DNA from: Octopus vulgaris
Taxonomy: Eukaryota
Length of the DNA: 64,000 nt
Assembly (NCBI GenBank): GCA_951406725.2
Contig: OX597821.1
Coordinates: forward strand, 110,360,001-110,424,000
Direction: 5' to 3'
This document shows positions 1 to 12,406 of the stretch, in pieces; within the stretch, counting starts at the first letter, position 1, and every line of letters starts with the position of its first letter. The translations under genes and the position numbers were made by a program. The notes beneath the pieces were generated by a model. It did no database searches and had not been told where the DNA came from. It saw only the letters and a program-made list of their open reading frames with translations.

Positions 1-354
1 ACTATTTTTATTATTACTATTTTTATTATTACTATTATTTTACAAAAATCCCTCTGGTTATTGAAGATCCCCTTCTCCCCACTTCTGGCCCTTCTGTTAC
101 GTCTCACTAATACATCTTCTTCGTTATCTTCATACTCCCACCACCACCACCACCACCACCATCACTTCTCTCCCTCCATAAACGTCACCACCATCAACGC
201 CACCATTATCTACGCCTTTATTTGTTTTAAATGTTCAAATTCCTTCATTTCATTCCGTCCGATGATCCTTTCTTTAAATAAATTGTTTATTTTTTCCTGT
301 TTCGCATTTTCCTTCAATTATTAATATTTTAAAATATTTTCTCTTAATGTGCCC

Positions 355-520
<166 letters not shown>

Positions 521-904
521 GCTGCTTCCATTTTTCCTTTATCTCTTCATCTCTCCATTTCTCCTTCGCTCTTGCATTTTCGTCTTTCCAATTTGACTTT
601 CACATTTTCACTAAACACTCTCTCTCACCCTCCTTCACTTTTTCTCTCTATCTTTCTCTCTGCTTATCTATTACTTTTTCTCTGTCTCTCCACGCACCTC
701 TCTTCATCTTTTTCTCTTTTATCTTTCCCCTGAGTGTGTGTGTGTGTGTATGTGTGTGTTTCGTAGCTTCATTTTTTTATCTCTTCCTATCTACCTTTCT
801 CTCAGTGGCATTTTTCTCTTTCAAACTAACTTTCGAAATTTCTCTCTCTCTCTCTCTTACTCCCTCACTTTTACTCTGTATCTCCGCTCATTTCTCTGTC
901 AGGC

Positions 905-1320
905 TCTGTCTCTCTATTTGACTGCCTCTCTCTCTGCCTCTGTCTACCTTTCTTTTTCTCTCTTTCACTCTCCCACTCCCTCTCTCCGTCTCTGTCATTC
1001 TCCTTCTCTGTCTGTTTGTCTCTCTATTTGAAAGCCTCTCTCTCTGCCTCTCTCTGCCTCTCTCTGCCTTTCTTTTTCTCTCTTTCACTCTCCCACTCCC
1101 TCTCTCCGTCTCTGTCATTCTCCTTCTCTGTCTGTCTGTCTCTCTATTTGAATGCCTCTCTCTCTGCTTCTCTCTGCCTTTCTTTTTCTCTCTTTCACTC
1201 TCCCACTCCCTCTCTCCGTCTCTGTCATTCTCCTTCTCTGTCTGTCTGTCTCTCTATTTGAATGCCTCTCTCTGCTTCTCTCTGCCTTTCTTTTTCTCTC
1301 TCTCACTCTCCCACTCTCCC
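905..1320. repeat. CT-rich minisatellite, ~3.7 units of 110-120 bp
   Basis: Anchor tgtctctctatttg recurs at ~907, 1017, 1137 and 1247, followed each time by tcactctcccactc. Confidence 0.85.
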
Positions 1321-2095
1321 TATCTCTCTCTCTCCATCCCTGTCAGTCACTTTCTCTGTCTTCTCTCTCTCTTTCTCTGTCTCCCTGTAAAGCTCCCTAC
1401 CTCTCTGTCAGTCTCTCTGCCGCTCTGTCAATCTCTCTCTCTCTCTCTATCAGTCTCTCTCTCTCTCTCTTCACCTCTCTCTCTCTCTATCAGCCTCTCT
1501 CTCTCTCTTCACATCTCTCTCCTTCGACTACCACCTCTTACTACTTCCCCTTTCAAATTCCTACATAGCGACGTAGCTTCTACTTCCGCTCTCCCTTCTC
1601 GTCAAATGTTAACTCTTACTTCTTGCTCACATTTCGTTAAGTTAGCATTAATAAGTCAACGTTTACCATTCTCCCGCGCCATCACCACCGCCACCTTCGC
1701 ACTTCCTGCAAACCCCTCTTTATTATCTCCTCTGCTATCGGTTTACCCCCTTCACAACATCCTTAACATCTACTTAAATCTTGCCTATCCTATCTATTTG
1801 CATCTGTTTAATTTCATCTGCCCTTCCTCTTCCCCTCACTTCTTCCCTTTATCTCTCATCGCATCTTTTCCTCTCACTTTCTTCTCTTTGCCCCTCTAAT
1901 ACTTTCCTTCCCATGCCCCCTCTCTCTCTCTCTTTCTCTTATTTCTTCTCACTATCTTTCCCCCACCTCTCTTTCTCTCTTTACATTGTTTTAACTCTGG
2001 GTAACGTCTTCTTACATTCCGCGTTAATTTCCTTGTATAATACAATCACGTGGTCATATGTTCAAAAACATACACGCATGCACACGCACACACAC

Positions 2096-2150
<55 letters not shown>

Positions 2151-2509
2151 CCCACATACACAAATATGAATGTGTGTACGAATTTATGTATGCATATCTT
2201 TTGATACGAACGTGCATGTATACATACACACACACACATATGTATATGCACAAACATATATACATATATATATTTATATATCTGCATATATATACATTTG
2301 CATATGTACACACACATACACACACACACACACACGCACACACACATATATATATATATTTGCATATGTACACACTCACATATACACATGTATACATAAA
2401 TATAAGTATGTATGCATGTATGTATATGCATATATGGTTGTCTCTTGTGTGCGCGTGCGCGTGTGTATACATATACATATACGTACTTGTGTATGTGTGT
2501 GTATGTATG

Positions 2510-2549
<40 letters not shown>

Positions 2550-3525
2550 TCCAACTTACTATATGTATGTGAACACATTCACACACACACGCACACACAC
2601 ACATACGTACACACATATTCAAACAATACGGCAAAGCACCATTTCCATTGCTCTTGTATTCTTTCTTACCTTAAAAGCCTATTGACAAGAAGAGAACATA
2701 AAGAACGTAATTCTTTACCATGTCCACTTGCAGAGAGTTCTTCACGTAACTCTATCTTATTGTAGCAGAAACTCGAGACACAAACTTACCATTCTCACTG
2801 AATCTCAAGAAAACAAACAAACAAATAAAAACAAATACAACGCAGAAAATATAAGAAAAACACTTCATTATTATCAGGTTATTTATCATGCAACTTGGTC
2901 AGTCGTTATTGCTATTGTTGCTGTTGTTGTTGTTGTTGTTGTTGTCGTCGTTGTGGTTGCTGTTGTTGTTGTTGCTGTTTGGATAGGTGGATGATGAACT
3001 TATCTCTAGATACGTCAACGAACGAAAAACCCGAAGCATGCAGAAACGTTAGCGCAAGCACGCACGGAAACTTTCGTGCGTATGTGTATAAGATATTGGT
3101 TATGTATGTGTGTGTGTATGTGTGTGCATGTATGTACACGTATGTATGGGAATGTGGTGCGTGATGTGTGTGATGTAATTATGTGTGTGGAATGTAAGTG
3201 TGTACCTGTACGCGTTCATCTATAAAAATACTTGTGTATCTATGTGGATAGCCTGGAGTATCTTTTTAATAACTAGACATTTATCTGTCTATTTATCTCT
3301 CTATTTGACTATCTTCTATTTATCTACCTGTTGGTCTTTCTTTCTTTCTCCCTGCCACTATACGCAGACACGTATATACATACATACATACATACACACG
3401 CATATAACTGTACATATGCAGGCACATATACATACACATTTATGTATTTTTTTCTTTATTTTCATCTTCACGGTTCTTTTCTTTATGAATTACATACGTA
3501 CAGCATGCACTCTGACAGCCATGAA

Positions 3526-3576
<51 letters not shown>

Positions 3577-3707
3577 TGTGTGTGTGTGTGAGTGTTTATG
3601 TGTGTAGATAGACACACATATGTTTGTTCACTGCCCAGGCTATCAGATATTATAGATCGCTGTTCAGAATGCACTTTTTCACATTGCTTTAGCCTTCACA
3701 TATATTT

Positions 3708-3780
<73 letters not shown>

Positions 3781-5350
3781 TACAAAAATACATATATAAT
3801 TTACTGTTACATTAAGGTAAGATCAACAAAGTTATTCCATCTTGTGAGAGATGAATATCACTTAATTTACACAGTATTAAAATAAAAGCCGCTAATAGTT
3901 TCTTGTCATTAAGACACGTGGCTAGGCAAGTTGTTATAACATGCCTTGTGTCTCCAAGCAATCCTCGGGCTCTGAGCACAAGGTTTGTTCTATTTTGAAA
4001 ATCAGGACGTTGATGCATGAGAAACCACGAGAAAAAAAAACGAGAAGACTGATGCAAAAAGTGGAATGAGAAGAGAAAGGATGAATAAAAACAGAAAAAG
4101 AAAGGAAAAGAAAATGAGAGTTACGTCCTCTTTGACCATGGAAATCGTAATTAAACTACATGTTGCAGAATGATTCAACGGAGAGGGATCCAAAGTCTGC
4201 GAGACAGCTGCTCAACCTGGAAAGGGTGGTATCCTTAAGTTCACCAAAAGAAGTTTGTCCATATGCTTGCATTTACAATCTGGAATTAATTAGCATAATT
4301 GCATATGGTGTGAAGTTGGTTTTCAAATCTCATCCGTGGCTAGCAAATTTAGTGACTTTACCTTTAACGAGGAGCCGTAAAGAAGATGTGGTTTGCATAA
4401 CGTCTCTTAAAATTGCCTTCGCATAAACCGATGTATTTTTTTCTTTACACTTACATAGTCTCGAAGCGTTGTTGTTTCTTCTGCCTCAGAGACAACAAAG
4501 TGTGTAATACATGCCTGGTCAAGTGGGAAAGCTTCAGAGTCTCATTAGATCGGATTTTCAGTTGAATGGCTGTAATGTATCTTATCTTCAAAGCTGTTGT
4601 TTGCTTGGGTATTGTTGTAGCAGGGGGCTACCTCATCAAACATTTCTTTTGAAGAGGAAAAATTAGATATACTTTAACTGATGTTAGCTATCAGGTTTTT
4701 AAATACTCTAGTGGGTGGGGCGACATGAGTAGCTGAGTACATAAGAGAGTTTCACCTTTGGTTTATGGTAGGGTTTATATGAGCGGGGGGGGGGGGTTAG
4801 GTCTGGGGAAGACTATTATTTGATAATAAAATTGTTTCATTTTGACTGCTTTCACACTTCCAAAATTCCCTTCTAGTCAAATTTCATTACAAGTATAAAA
4901 TGAAAGCGTATGAGAGAACACACGCAGATCTCATAAAATGGCGACGTTGCTGAGAGAAAAATTATGCACTTGTGTCAAATGTCGCATAGCAACCTGATGC
5001 TGCGTTTATGGGATATAACAATGTTTAAGAGAGATCTGTGACGTATATGTGTGTGTGTGTGTGTGTGAGAGAGACAGAGAGAGAGAGAGAGAGAGACAGT
5101 GTGTGAGTGTGTATATACATATATTAATTTTATAATGTGAAATTGTGAATTTGTTCATTAAATCGTACGATATTGCGCATTTGTCGAATCACGTGTGCTA
5201 TCTTTTAAGATTGTCTTCCGGGATCAACTAAATTTCCGTTCGATACACATACACACACATATATTTTTACATATATGTATAAATATACGTATATGTATGT
5301 ATGTTATGTATATATACACATATAGATACAGGTGCATGGTGTAAACAAAT

Positions 5351-5398
<48 letters not shown>

Positions 5399-5500
5399 CA
5401 GAACACGTGGCAACATGAACACCCGTTTCACCACGAATCGAAGACGAACTACGGTAAGAACTCTTCCCATTTTGTATGCAAACACCCTAATGCACACAAC

Positions 5501-6436
5501 ATGAACAAAAAGCACAAACAAAATAGATATTGTTTTGAACAGACCATTAGCAGTAGAAATAACAGGAGATCATTTTCAAGACCTCAACAGAGATTACCCA
5601 CAAGAAACTGGACAAAAAACCGATCTAGATCTAGAAGTAAACCCAGATCATTTCTCCAGGTGGTTAAAAACAATGCTAACAAGAAATTGAAAAGTAGCAT
5701 ACATAATACCAAAAACAAGACAGAAAACATAACGAAACCAAGTAAAGTACCACAACCAAAACGCAAAATTCATCAAGCAAACATCAACAGGAATATAAAT
5801 CATAACCAGGAAAAAAATCCATTTTTTTACGTCAGGACAACAAACACCGGAGAAAGAAAAAATCCAAGAGGAAACATACCCCAAACAACTGAACGTATAG
5901 ATCCTAAAATAATTAATTTATCAAAAAGAGATCTTGACAATGATGAAATCCAACTTCTGTCAAAAGGACTGAAATTCACACCTACACCAACAGCCAACCA
6001 CCAAGAATTAAAGGAGGATATCCAAAAATTCTGTCGAAAATTACGACTTGTAGAATTCTTCGCTAACAAAAGTAATGAGATTGATGAATCCCTAGTAAGG
6101 AATAAATCAAATTTCACCCCACCAAAAGGAAGAAATAACTACCTTGACCAATACATTGATATCCTGTCTAAATTTCCCCTTAGACGCAATACCAATGTTA
6201 GGCCAAACATTAGCAAATCAGAGATGTCTGCATGTAAACGTATACAAAACGATCAAACAATAATAATTAAACAAGCAGATAAAGGTGGTGCAATTGTTAT
6301 TATGGATACCGAATACTATAAGGATTTGGTTGAAGACCAACTGAAGGATACAACCTTCTATTGTGAAATACCCGCAAATATAGACCACCACATCATGAAA
6401 AAGATCAACAACCTGATTTCAACACACCACAACTAA
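5501..6436 (+). CDS. PLE ORF N-terminal part, copy 1 (5'-truncated), ending at the in-frame TAA
   Basis: Identical to the C-terminal 311 aa of 8879-10708; has PLE motifs INLS, LLSKGLKF.P and QADKGGAIVIMD. Confidence 0.8.
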   Translation: MNKKHKQNRYCFEQTISSRNNRRSFSRPQQRLPTRNWTKNRSRSRSKPRSFLQVVKNNANKKLKSSIHNTKNKTENITKPSKVPQPKRKIHQANINRNINHNQEKNPFFYVRTTNTGERKNPRGNIPQTTERIDPKIINLSKRDLDNDEIQLLSKGLKFTPTPTANHQELKEDIQKFCRKLRLVEFFANKSNEIDESLVRNKSNFTPPKGRNNYLDQYIDILSKFPLRRNTNVRPNISKSEMSACKRIQNDQTIIIKQADKGGAIVIMDTEYYKDLVEDQLKDTTFYCEIPANIDHHIMKKINNLISTHHN

Positions 6437-6658
6437 CTTACGGATAATGAAAAAGACTACATCACCAATTTTGAACCAAAACCCAGCAACTTCTACGGCT
6501 TACCAAAAATACACAAATCAAAAAACATTCAACAGGCAGTAAAAGAACAAGAAAGTGAGTACATAAAATTATTACATCCAAAAGACCTAAAACTTAGACC
6601 TATTATAGCTGGTCCAGCATGCCCTACACACCGTCTAAGCAATTTTATTGACATTGTT

Positions 6659-8134
6659 TTGAAACCACTATGTACTTACATACCAAGTTTCATCAGGGAT
6701 GACATCGACTTCCTGTCCCATCTTCCCAAAACAACAGAAACAAATTCAGTTTTACTAAGTTTTGATGTGGTAAGCCTCTACACCAATATTCCACACGATT
6801 TAGGAATAAAGGCGATTAAATACTGGTTAGAAAAACATAGAGAAGTGATTCCCAGCAGATTCACAGTGCCATTTATATTAGACACAGTCAAACTTATTCT
6901 AGAAAATAACACATTCTTCTTCAATGGAAAGAATTACATCCAAATTAGAGGCACGGCGATGGGAACGAGGTTTGCTCCCGTTTACGCCAACTCTGTAATG
7001 GGATACTTAGAAGAACAACTCTACCAAGAGGTGGAGGTAAACTATGGCACTGGATTTAGAAAGTATATTGAAAAGGCATGGAAGAGATACCTAGACGACT
7101 GTTTCATAATCTGGACAGAATCTCTAAATACTCTGGAAGAGTTCAATATCCTCCTGAACAACCTACACCCATCTCTCAAATTTACAAAGGAGATGAGTAG
7201 TACCAAATTACCATTCCTGGATATAATGGTAATTAAAAAAGACACCACCATCACCACAGATATATACTATAAACACACAGACACACATCAATACCTAAAT
7301 TTTAAGTCGTGCCATCCACCACATACAAAACGTAACATCCCATACTGCCTAGCCAGAAGAATTTGTACTATTGTAGAAGATGCAAATATCAGGAACAAAC
7401 GCCTAATAGAACTAAGAGAATTTTTGCTCAAACAAAAATACCCATCTCTACTTATAGAAAATGGCATACAGCGGGCTATAAAAATACCTATACAACAACT
7501 TAGGACAACCCAAGGAAGAGGAAAACAAGAACAAGTCATACCATTCATAGTGACACACAACCCATGTCACCAGAATATCTTCAACATTGCCAAAGCAAAC
7601 CTACCAATCATTGCCCAAAGTAATGAATTAAAAGACATAATCAAGGATCGAGCTATGGTGCTTAGTAAAAGACAGCCTAAAAACTTGAAAACATTACTAA
7701 CAAAGGCAAAATTTGACCTCAGCAACAAAGACCAAACATTCACGGTATCTAAATGCAATGATAGCCGATGTGGCACATGCCAATTCATACATACCGGTCA
7801 ATATATAAACACAAAAACCGGGAAAATATTCACAAACGCGAATATGAACTGCAAAAGCAGAAATTTAATTTACTGCATCAAATGCCCAAATTGTGAAGAA
7901 ATATATGTAGGTCAGACGGGAAACGCACTATTAGAACGCTCACGTGTACACCGGCAACAGATTAGAGACCCAGAGGTCCGTCAGATACCTTTGAGTAACC
8001 ACCTAGCAACATGTGGTCGGAAAATATATATAATATTTCCATTCTACAAATTACACAGCCCAAGTGAAATCGAGAGGAAAATCAGAGAAAAGAATTTTAT
8101 TGATAAATTCGAACCCAAGCTAAATAAGCAATAA
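6659..8134 (+). CDS. PLE reverse transcriptase + GIY-YIG endonuclease, copy 1 (frame open from 6437)
   Basis: SFDVVSLYTNIP, QIRGTAMGT, RYLDD, LPFLD, Cys-rich linker KCNDSRCGTC and LIYCIKCPNCEEIYVGQT. Confidence 0.92.
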   Translation: MKPLCTYIPSFIRDDIDFLSHLPKTTETNSVLLSFDVVSLYTNIPHDLGIKAIKYWLEKHREVIPSRFTVPFILDTVKLILENNTFFFNGKNYIQIRGTAMGTRFAPVYANSVMGYLEEQLYQEVEVNYGTGFRKYIEKAWKRYLDDCFIIWTESLNTLEEFNILLNNLHPSLKFTKEMSSTKLPFLDIMVIKKDTTITTDIYYKHTDTHQYLNFKSCHPPHTKRNIPYCLARRICTIVEDANIRNKRLIELREFLLKQKYPSLLIENGIQRAIKIPIQQLRTTQGRGKQEQVIPFIVTHNPCHQNIFNIAKANLPIIAQSNELKDIIKDRAMVLSKRQPKNLKTLLTKAKFDLSNKDQTFTVSKCNDSRCGTCQFIHTGQYINTKTGKIFTNANMNCKSRNLIYCIKCPNCEEIYVGQTGNALLERSRVHRQQIRDPEVRQIPLSNHLATCGRKIYIIFPFYKLHSPSEIERKIREKNFIDKFEPKLNKQ

Positions 8135-8450
8135 TAATAATACTTAGAGGTATTACTTCCACTGCTACGACCATGACCACTAACAACAACAACAATACTA
8201 AAGGTGATCAAGACGAAGATAGCAGGAAAATTATCTTATTTAGGGTTAAAAGTTCTATTGCCACCACCATCACCACTAGCAACAATAATTAAGGTGCTGA
8301 CAATGATGATGATGACAATTGAAATATAAAAATATAAAAATCTCTGACAAAGGATATTTACAACATTTCTAAAAATAACCCAACAATTGCTGCTTCGGCC
8401 AGGGTCAAGATACAGGACTCTTGACCTGTCCAACAAAGCGTGATGCCTAA

Positions 8451-8593
8451 ACCAATCAGCTCAACCAACCAATCAGCTTAAGTAATTGAGTGATACTACA
8501 CACTGATTGGTCAGAATACAGTTTGCAAAACCTAGCACTCTGGAGCCTACCCAGCTGTATTTATAGCACAGAATCACTCATCTTGCCACAGTC
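8451..8593 (+). promoter_or_regulatory. Putative Pol II promoter in the PLE 3' UTR/pseudo-LTR (second copy 12723-12865)
   Basis: CCAAT at 8452 and 8469, reverse CCAAT (attgg) at 8506, TATTTATA at 8558, and Inr-like CAGT ~30 bp downstream; lies upstream of the next copy's ATG at 8879. Confidence 0.55.
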
Positions 8594-8628
8594 AAAAATT
8601 GTGAAGCATGACTGTCAACACTACTACA

Positions 8629-8673
8629 TGAACCCGAAGATTGCAGAATTCAATGCATGAAAGTACTAGTTCA
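8629..8673 (+). ncRNA. Minimal type I hammerhead ribozyme motif (PLE pLTR), copy 1
   Basis: tgaac-CCGAAGA-t-tgca(gaattcaa)tgca-t-GAAA-gtac-ta-gttca. Stem I tgaac/gttca, palindromic stem III AGUACU, cleavage triplet CUA. Confidence 0.7.
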
Positions 8674-8878
8674 ATCAGAATGAATATTTAACATTCTACT
8701 ATTTCATTTTATTTTATTCAATTATAATATATTATCTTATAATATATCATTATAAGATTGTAAATAAAACGTGAAAATCAGACAAGGTTGGAATTCTTTT
8801 TATTAATATATTCTTCTATACACAATCACACACACCCATATATATATATATCTATATTCCTATTGTGTATATGCCAAC

Positions 8879-10708
8879 ATGTCTGGAAAGCAACAAACAA
8901 AATTAACAGAATCCGAAAGAATTCTAATGGAAATTTCATCGAAATTATCAACACTCATCACGATGATTGACACACAATCCTCTATTTTAAAGGAAATAGA
9001 AAAACAGTCTACAGACGGAAAACTTGGAAATGAACACATAAACTCTGAAATTAAGAATTTAGCTGAAATTATACCAACAATTATAAAATCTACAAGAGAA
9101 AGCCTACCACAACCTCCTTGGATGTCAGAAATAAACGAAAGAAATCTGGAAAAAGAGGCACACCGAAAAAGAGAAGAGATACAGAAGACATGGAAAAAAC
9201 TCCTTAACATAAGAAAACAAAACTTCTGGAAGGCATATAAATGCGAAAAATATGCTGAAATACATTCGAAATGGATATCTTTAGCGGCACCCATACTTCC
9301 TCGGAAGTACCTAATTAAAGAAATTGCAGGAGAACCAGAGGAAGAAACTAAACTTCGATGGGACCTTAGTTTGATAAAATTCAGGACCGACATCTCCATT
9401 ACCCTGTCTAAACAATCCCGCTACAAAGCCAAATACGAAGCTATCGATGATCAAATCAGAGATGAAATATCCAAACTAACGACCGGCAATATAGCAGAAA
9501 AAATGCGAGAACTATGGATCAGAGATATCTCAAAAGAAGAAAGCAGATCAAGAAAGTTTTGGCAGCGGAAACAATTATTACTCGACAAATATGCTACAAA
9601 TTACGGTAAAGACACCAGAACTCCGAGAAATAGCATTAAAAGTGGACAACCTCACCAACGCAACATACACCAGAACACGTGGCAACATGAACACCCGTTT
9701 CACCACGAATCGAAGACGAACTACGGTAAGAACTCTTCCCATTTTGTATGCAAACACCCTAATGCACACAACATGAACAAAAAGCACAAACAAAATAGAT
9801 ATTGTTTTGAACAGACCATTAGCAGTAGAAATAACAGGAGATCATTTTCAAGACCTCAACAGAGATTACCCACAAGAAACTGGACAAAAAACCGATCTAG
9901 ATCTAGAAGTAAACCCAGATCATTTCTCCAGGTGGTTAAAAACAATGCTAACAAGAAATTGAAAAGTAGCATACATAATACCAAAAACAAGACAGAAAAC
10001 ATAACGAAACCAAGTAAAGTACCACAACCAAAACGCAAAATTCATCAAGCAAACATCAACAGGAATATAAATCATAACCAGGAAAAAAATCCATTTTTTT
10101 ACGTCAGGACAACAAACACCGGAGAAAGAAAAAATCCAAGAGGAAACATACCCCAAACAACTGAACGTATAGATCCTAAAATAATTAATTTATCAAAAAG
10201 AGATCTTGACAATGATGAAATCCAACTTCTGTCAAAAGGACTGAAATTCACACCTACACCAACAGCCAACCACCAAGAATTAAAGGAGGATATCCAAAAA
10301 TTCTGTCGAAAATTACGACTTGTAGAATTCTTCGCTAACAAAAGTAATGAGATTGATGAATCCCTAGTAAGGAATAAATCAAATTTCACCCCACCAAAAG
10401 GAAGAAATAACTACCTTGACCAATACATTGATATCCTGTCTAAATTTCCCCTTAGACGCAATACCAATGTTAGGCCAAACATTAGCAAATCAGAGATGTC
10501 TGCATGTAAACGTATACAAAACGATCAAACAATAATAATTAAACAAGCAGATAAAGGTGGTGCAATTGTTATTATGGATACCGAATACTATAAGGATTTG
10601 GTTGAAGACCAACTGAAGGATACAACCTTCTATTGTGAAATACCCGCAAATATAGACCACCACATCATGAAAAAGATCAACAACCTGATTTCAACACACC
10701 ACAACTAA
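8879..10708 (+). CDS. PLE ORF N-terminal 609 aa, copy 2 (charged/helical region, basic region, start of conserved PLE N-domain)
   Basis: Long ORF in the same frame as the downstream RT-EN ORF, separated from it only by TAA 10706-10708. Confidence 0.85.
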   Translation: MSGKQQTKLTESERILMEISSKLSTLITMIDTQSSILKEIEKQSTDGKLGNEHINSEIKNLAEIIPTIIKSTRESLPQPPWMSEINERNLEKEAHRKREEIQKTWKKLLNIRKQNFWKAYKCEKYAEIHSKWISLAAPILPRKYLIKEIAGEPEEETKLRWDLSLIKFRTDISITLSKQSRYKAKYEAIDDQIRDEISKLTTGNIAEKMRELWIRDISKEESRSRKFWQRKQLLLDKYATNYGKDTRTPRNSIKSGQPHQRNIHQNTWQHEHPFHHESKTNYGKNSSHFVCKHPNAHNMNKKHKQNRYCFEQTISSRNNRRSFSRPQQRLPTRNWTKNRSRSRSKPRSFLQVVKNNANKKLKSSIHNTKNKTENITKPSKVPQPKRKIHQANINRNINHNQEKNPFFYVRTTNTGERKNPRGNIPQTTERIDPKIINLSKRDLDNDEIQLLSKGLKFTPTPTANHQELKEDIQKFCRKLRLVEFFANKSNEIDESLVRNKSNFTPPKGRNNYLDQYIDILSKFPLRRNTNVRPNISKSEMSACKRIQNDQTIIIKQADKGGAIVIMDTEYYKDLVEDQLKDTTFYCEIPANIDHHIMKKINNLISTHHN

Positions 10709-10930
10709 CTTACGGATAATGAAAAAGACTACATCACCAATTTTGAACCAAAACCCAGCAACTTCTACGGCTTACCAAAAATACACAAATCAAAAAACAT
10801 TCAACAGGCAGTAAAAGAACAAGAAAGTGAGTACATAAAATTATTACATCCAAAAGACCTAAAACTTAGACCTATTATAGCTGGTCCAGCATGCCCTACA
10901 CACCGTCTAAGCAATTTTATTGACATTGTT

Positions 10931-12406
10931 TTGAAACCACTATGTACTTACATACCAAGTTTCATCAGGGATGACATCGACTTCCTGTCCCATCTTCCCA
11001 AAACAACAGAAACAAATTCAGTTTTACTAAGTTTTGATGTGGTAAGCCTCTACACCAATATTCCACACGATTTAGGAATAAAGGCGATTAAATACTGGTT
11101 AGAAAAACATAGAGAAGTGATTCCCAGCAGATTCACAGTGCCATTTATATTAGACACAGTCAAACTTATTCTAGAAAATAACACATTCTTCTTCAATGGA
11201 AAGAATTACATCCAAATTAGAGGCACGGCGATGGGAACGAGGTTTGCTCCCGTTTACGCCAACTCTGTAATGGGATACTTAGAAGAACAACTCTACCAAG
11301 AGGTGGAGGTAAACTATGGCACTGGATTTAGAAAGTATATTGAAAAGGCATGGAAGAGATACCTAGACGACTGTTTCATAATCTGGACAGAATCTCTAAA
11401 TACTCTGGAAGAGTTCAATATCCTCCTGAACAACCTACACCCATCTCTCAAATTTACAAAGGAGATGAGTAGTACCAAATTACCATTCCTGGATATAATG
11501 GTAATTAAAAAAGACACCACCATCACCACAGATATATACTATAAACACACAGACACACATCAATACCTAAATTTTAAGTCGTGCCATCCACCACATACAA
11601 AACGTAACATCCCATACTGCCTAGCCAGAAGAATTTGTACTATTGTAGAAGATGCAAATATCAGGAACAAACGCCTAATAGAACTAAGAGAATTTTTGCT
11701 CAAACAAAAATACCCATCTCTACTTATAGAAAATGGCATACAGCGGGCTATAAAAATACCTATACAACAACTTAGGACAACCCAAGGAAGAGGAAAACAA
11801 GAACAAGTCATACCATTCATAGTGACACACAACCCATGTCACCAGAATATCTTCAACATTGCCAAAGCAAACCTACCAATCATTGCCCAAAGTAATGAAT
11901 TAAAAGACATAATCAAGGATCGAGCTATGGTGCTTAGTAAAAGACAGCCTAAAAACTTGAAAACATTACTAACAAAGGCAAAATTTGACCTCAGCAACAA
12001 AGACCAAACATTCACGGTATCTAAATGCAATGATAGCCGATGTGGCACATGCCAATTCATACATACCGGTCAATATATAAACACAAAAACCGGGAAAATA
12101 TTCACAAACGCGAATATGAACTGCAAAAGCAGAAATTTAATTTACTGCATCAAATGCCCAAATTGTGAAGAAATATATGTAGGTCAGACGGGAAACGCAC
12201 TATTAGAACGCTCACGTGTACACCGGCAACAGATTAGAGACCCAGAGGTCCGTCAGATACCTTTGAGTAACCACCTAGCAACATGTGGTCGGAAAATATA
12301 TATAATATTTCCATTCTACAAATTACACAGCCCAAGTGAAATCGAGAGGAAAATCAGAGAAAAGAATTTTATTGATAAATTCGAACCCAAGCTAAATAAG
12401 CAATAA
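10931..12406 (+). CDS. PLE reverse transcriptase + GIY-YIG endonuclease, copy 2 (frame open from 10709, including FYGLPKIHK and LRPIIAGP)
   Basis: Same RT and GIY-YIG motifs; protein identical to 6659-8134. Confidence 0.93.
   Translation: MKPLCTYIPSFIRDDIDFLSHLPKTTETNSVLLSFDVVSLYTNIPHDLGIKAIKYWLEKHREVIPSRFTVPFILDTVKLILENNTFFFNGKNYIQIRGTAMGTRFAPVYANSVMGYLEEQLYQEVEVNYGTGFRKYIEKAWKRYLDDCFIIWTESLNTLEEFNILLNNLHPSLKFTKEMSSTKLPFLDIMVIKKDTTITTDIYYKHTDTHQYLNFKSCHPPHTKRNIPYCLARRICTIVEDANIRNKRLIELREFLLKQKYPSLLIENGIQRAIKIPIQQLRTTQGRGKQEQVIPFIVTHNPCHQNIFNIAKANLPIIAQSNELKDIIKDRAMVLSKRQPKNLKTLLTKAKFDLSNKDQTFTVSKCNDSRCGTCQFIHTGQYINTKTGKIFTNANMNCKSRNLIYCIKCPNCEEIYVGQTGNALLERSRVHRQQIRDPEVRQIPLSNHLATCGRKIYIIFPFYKLHSPSEIERKIREKNFIDKFEPKLNKQ

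Noticed and set aside
8135-8808. SECIS element in the PLE 3' UTR
   Set aside because: AUGA/GA candidates lack a well-paired stem with an apical AA; the stop is also TAA, not TGA. Not supported by eye.
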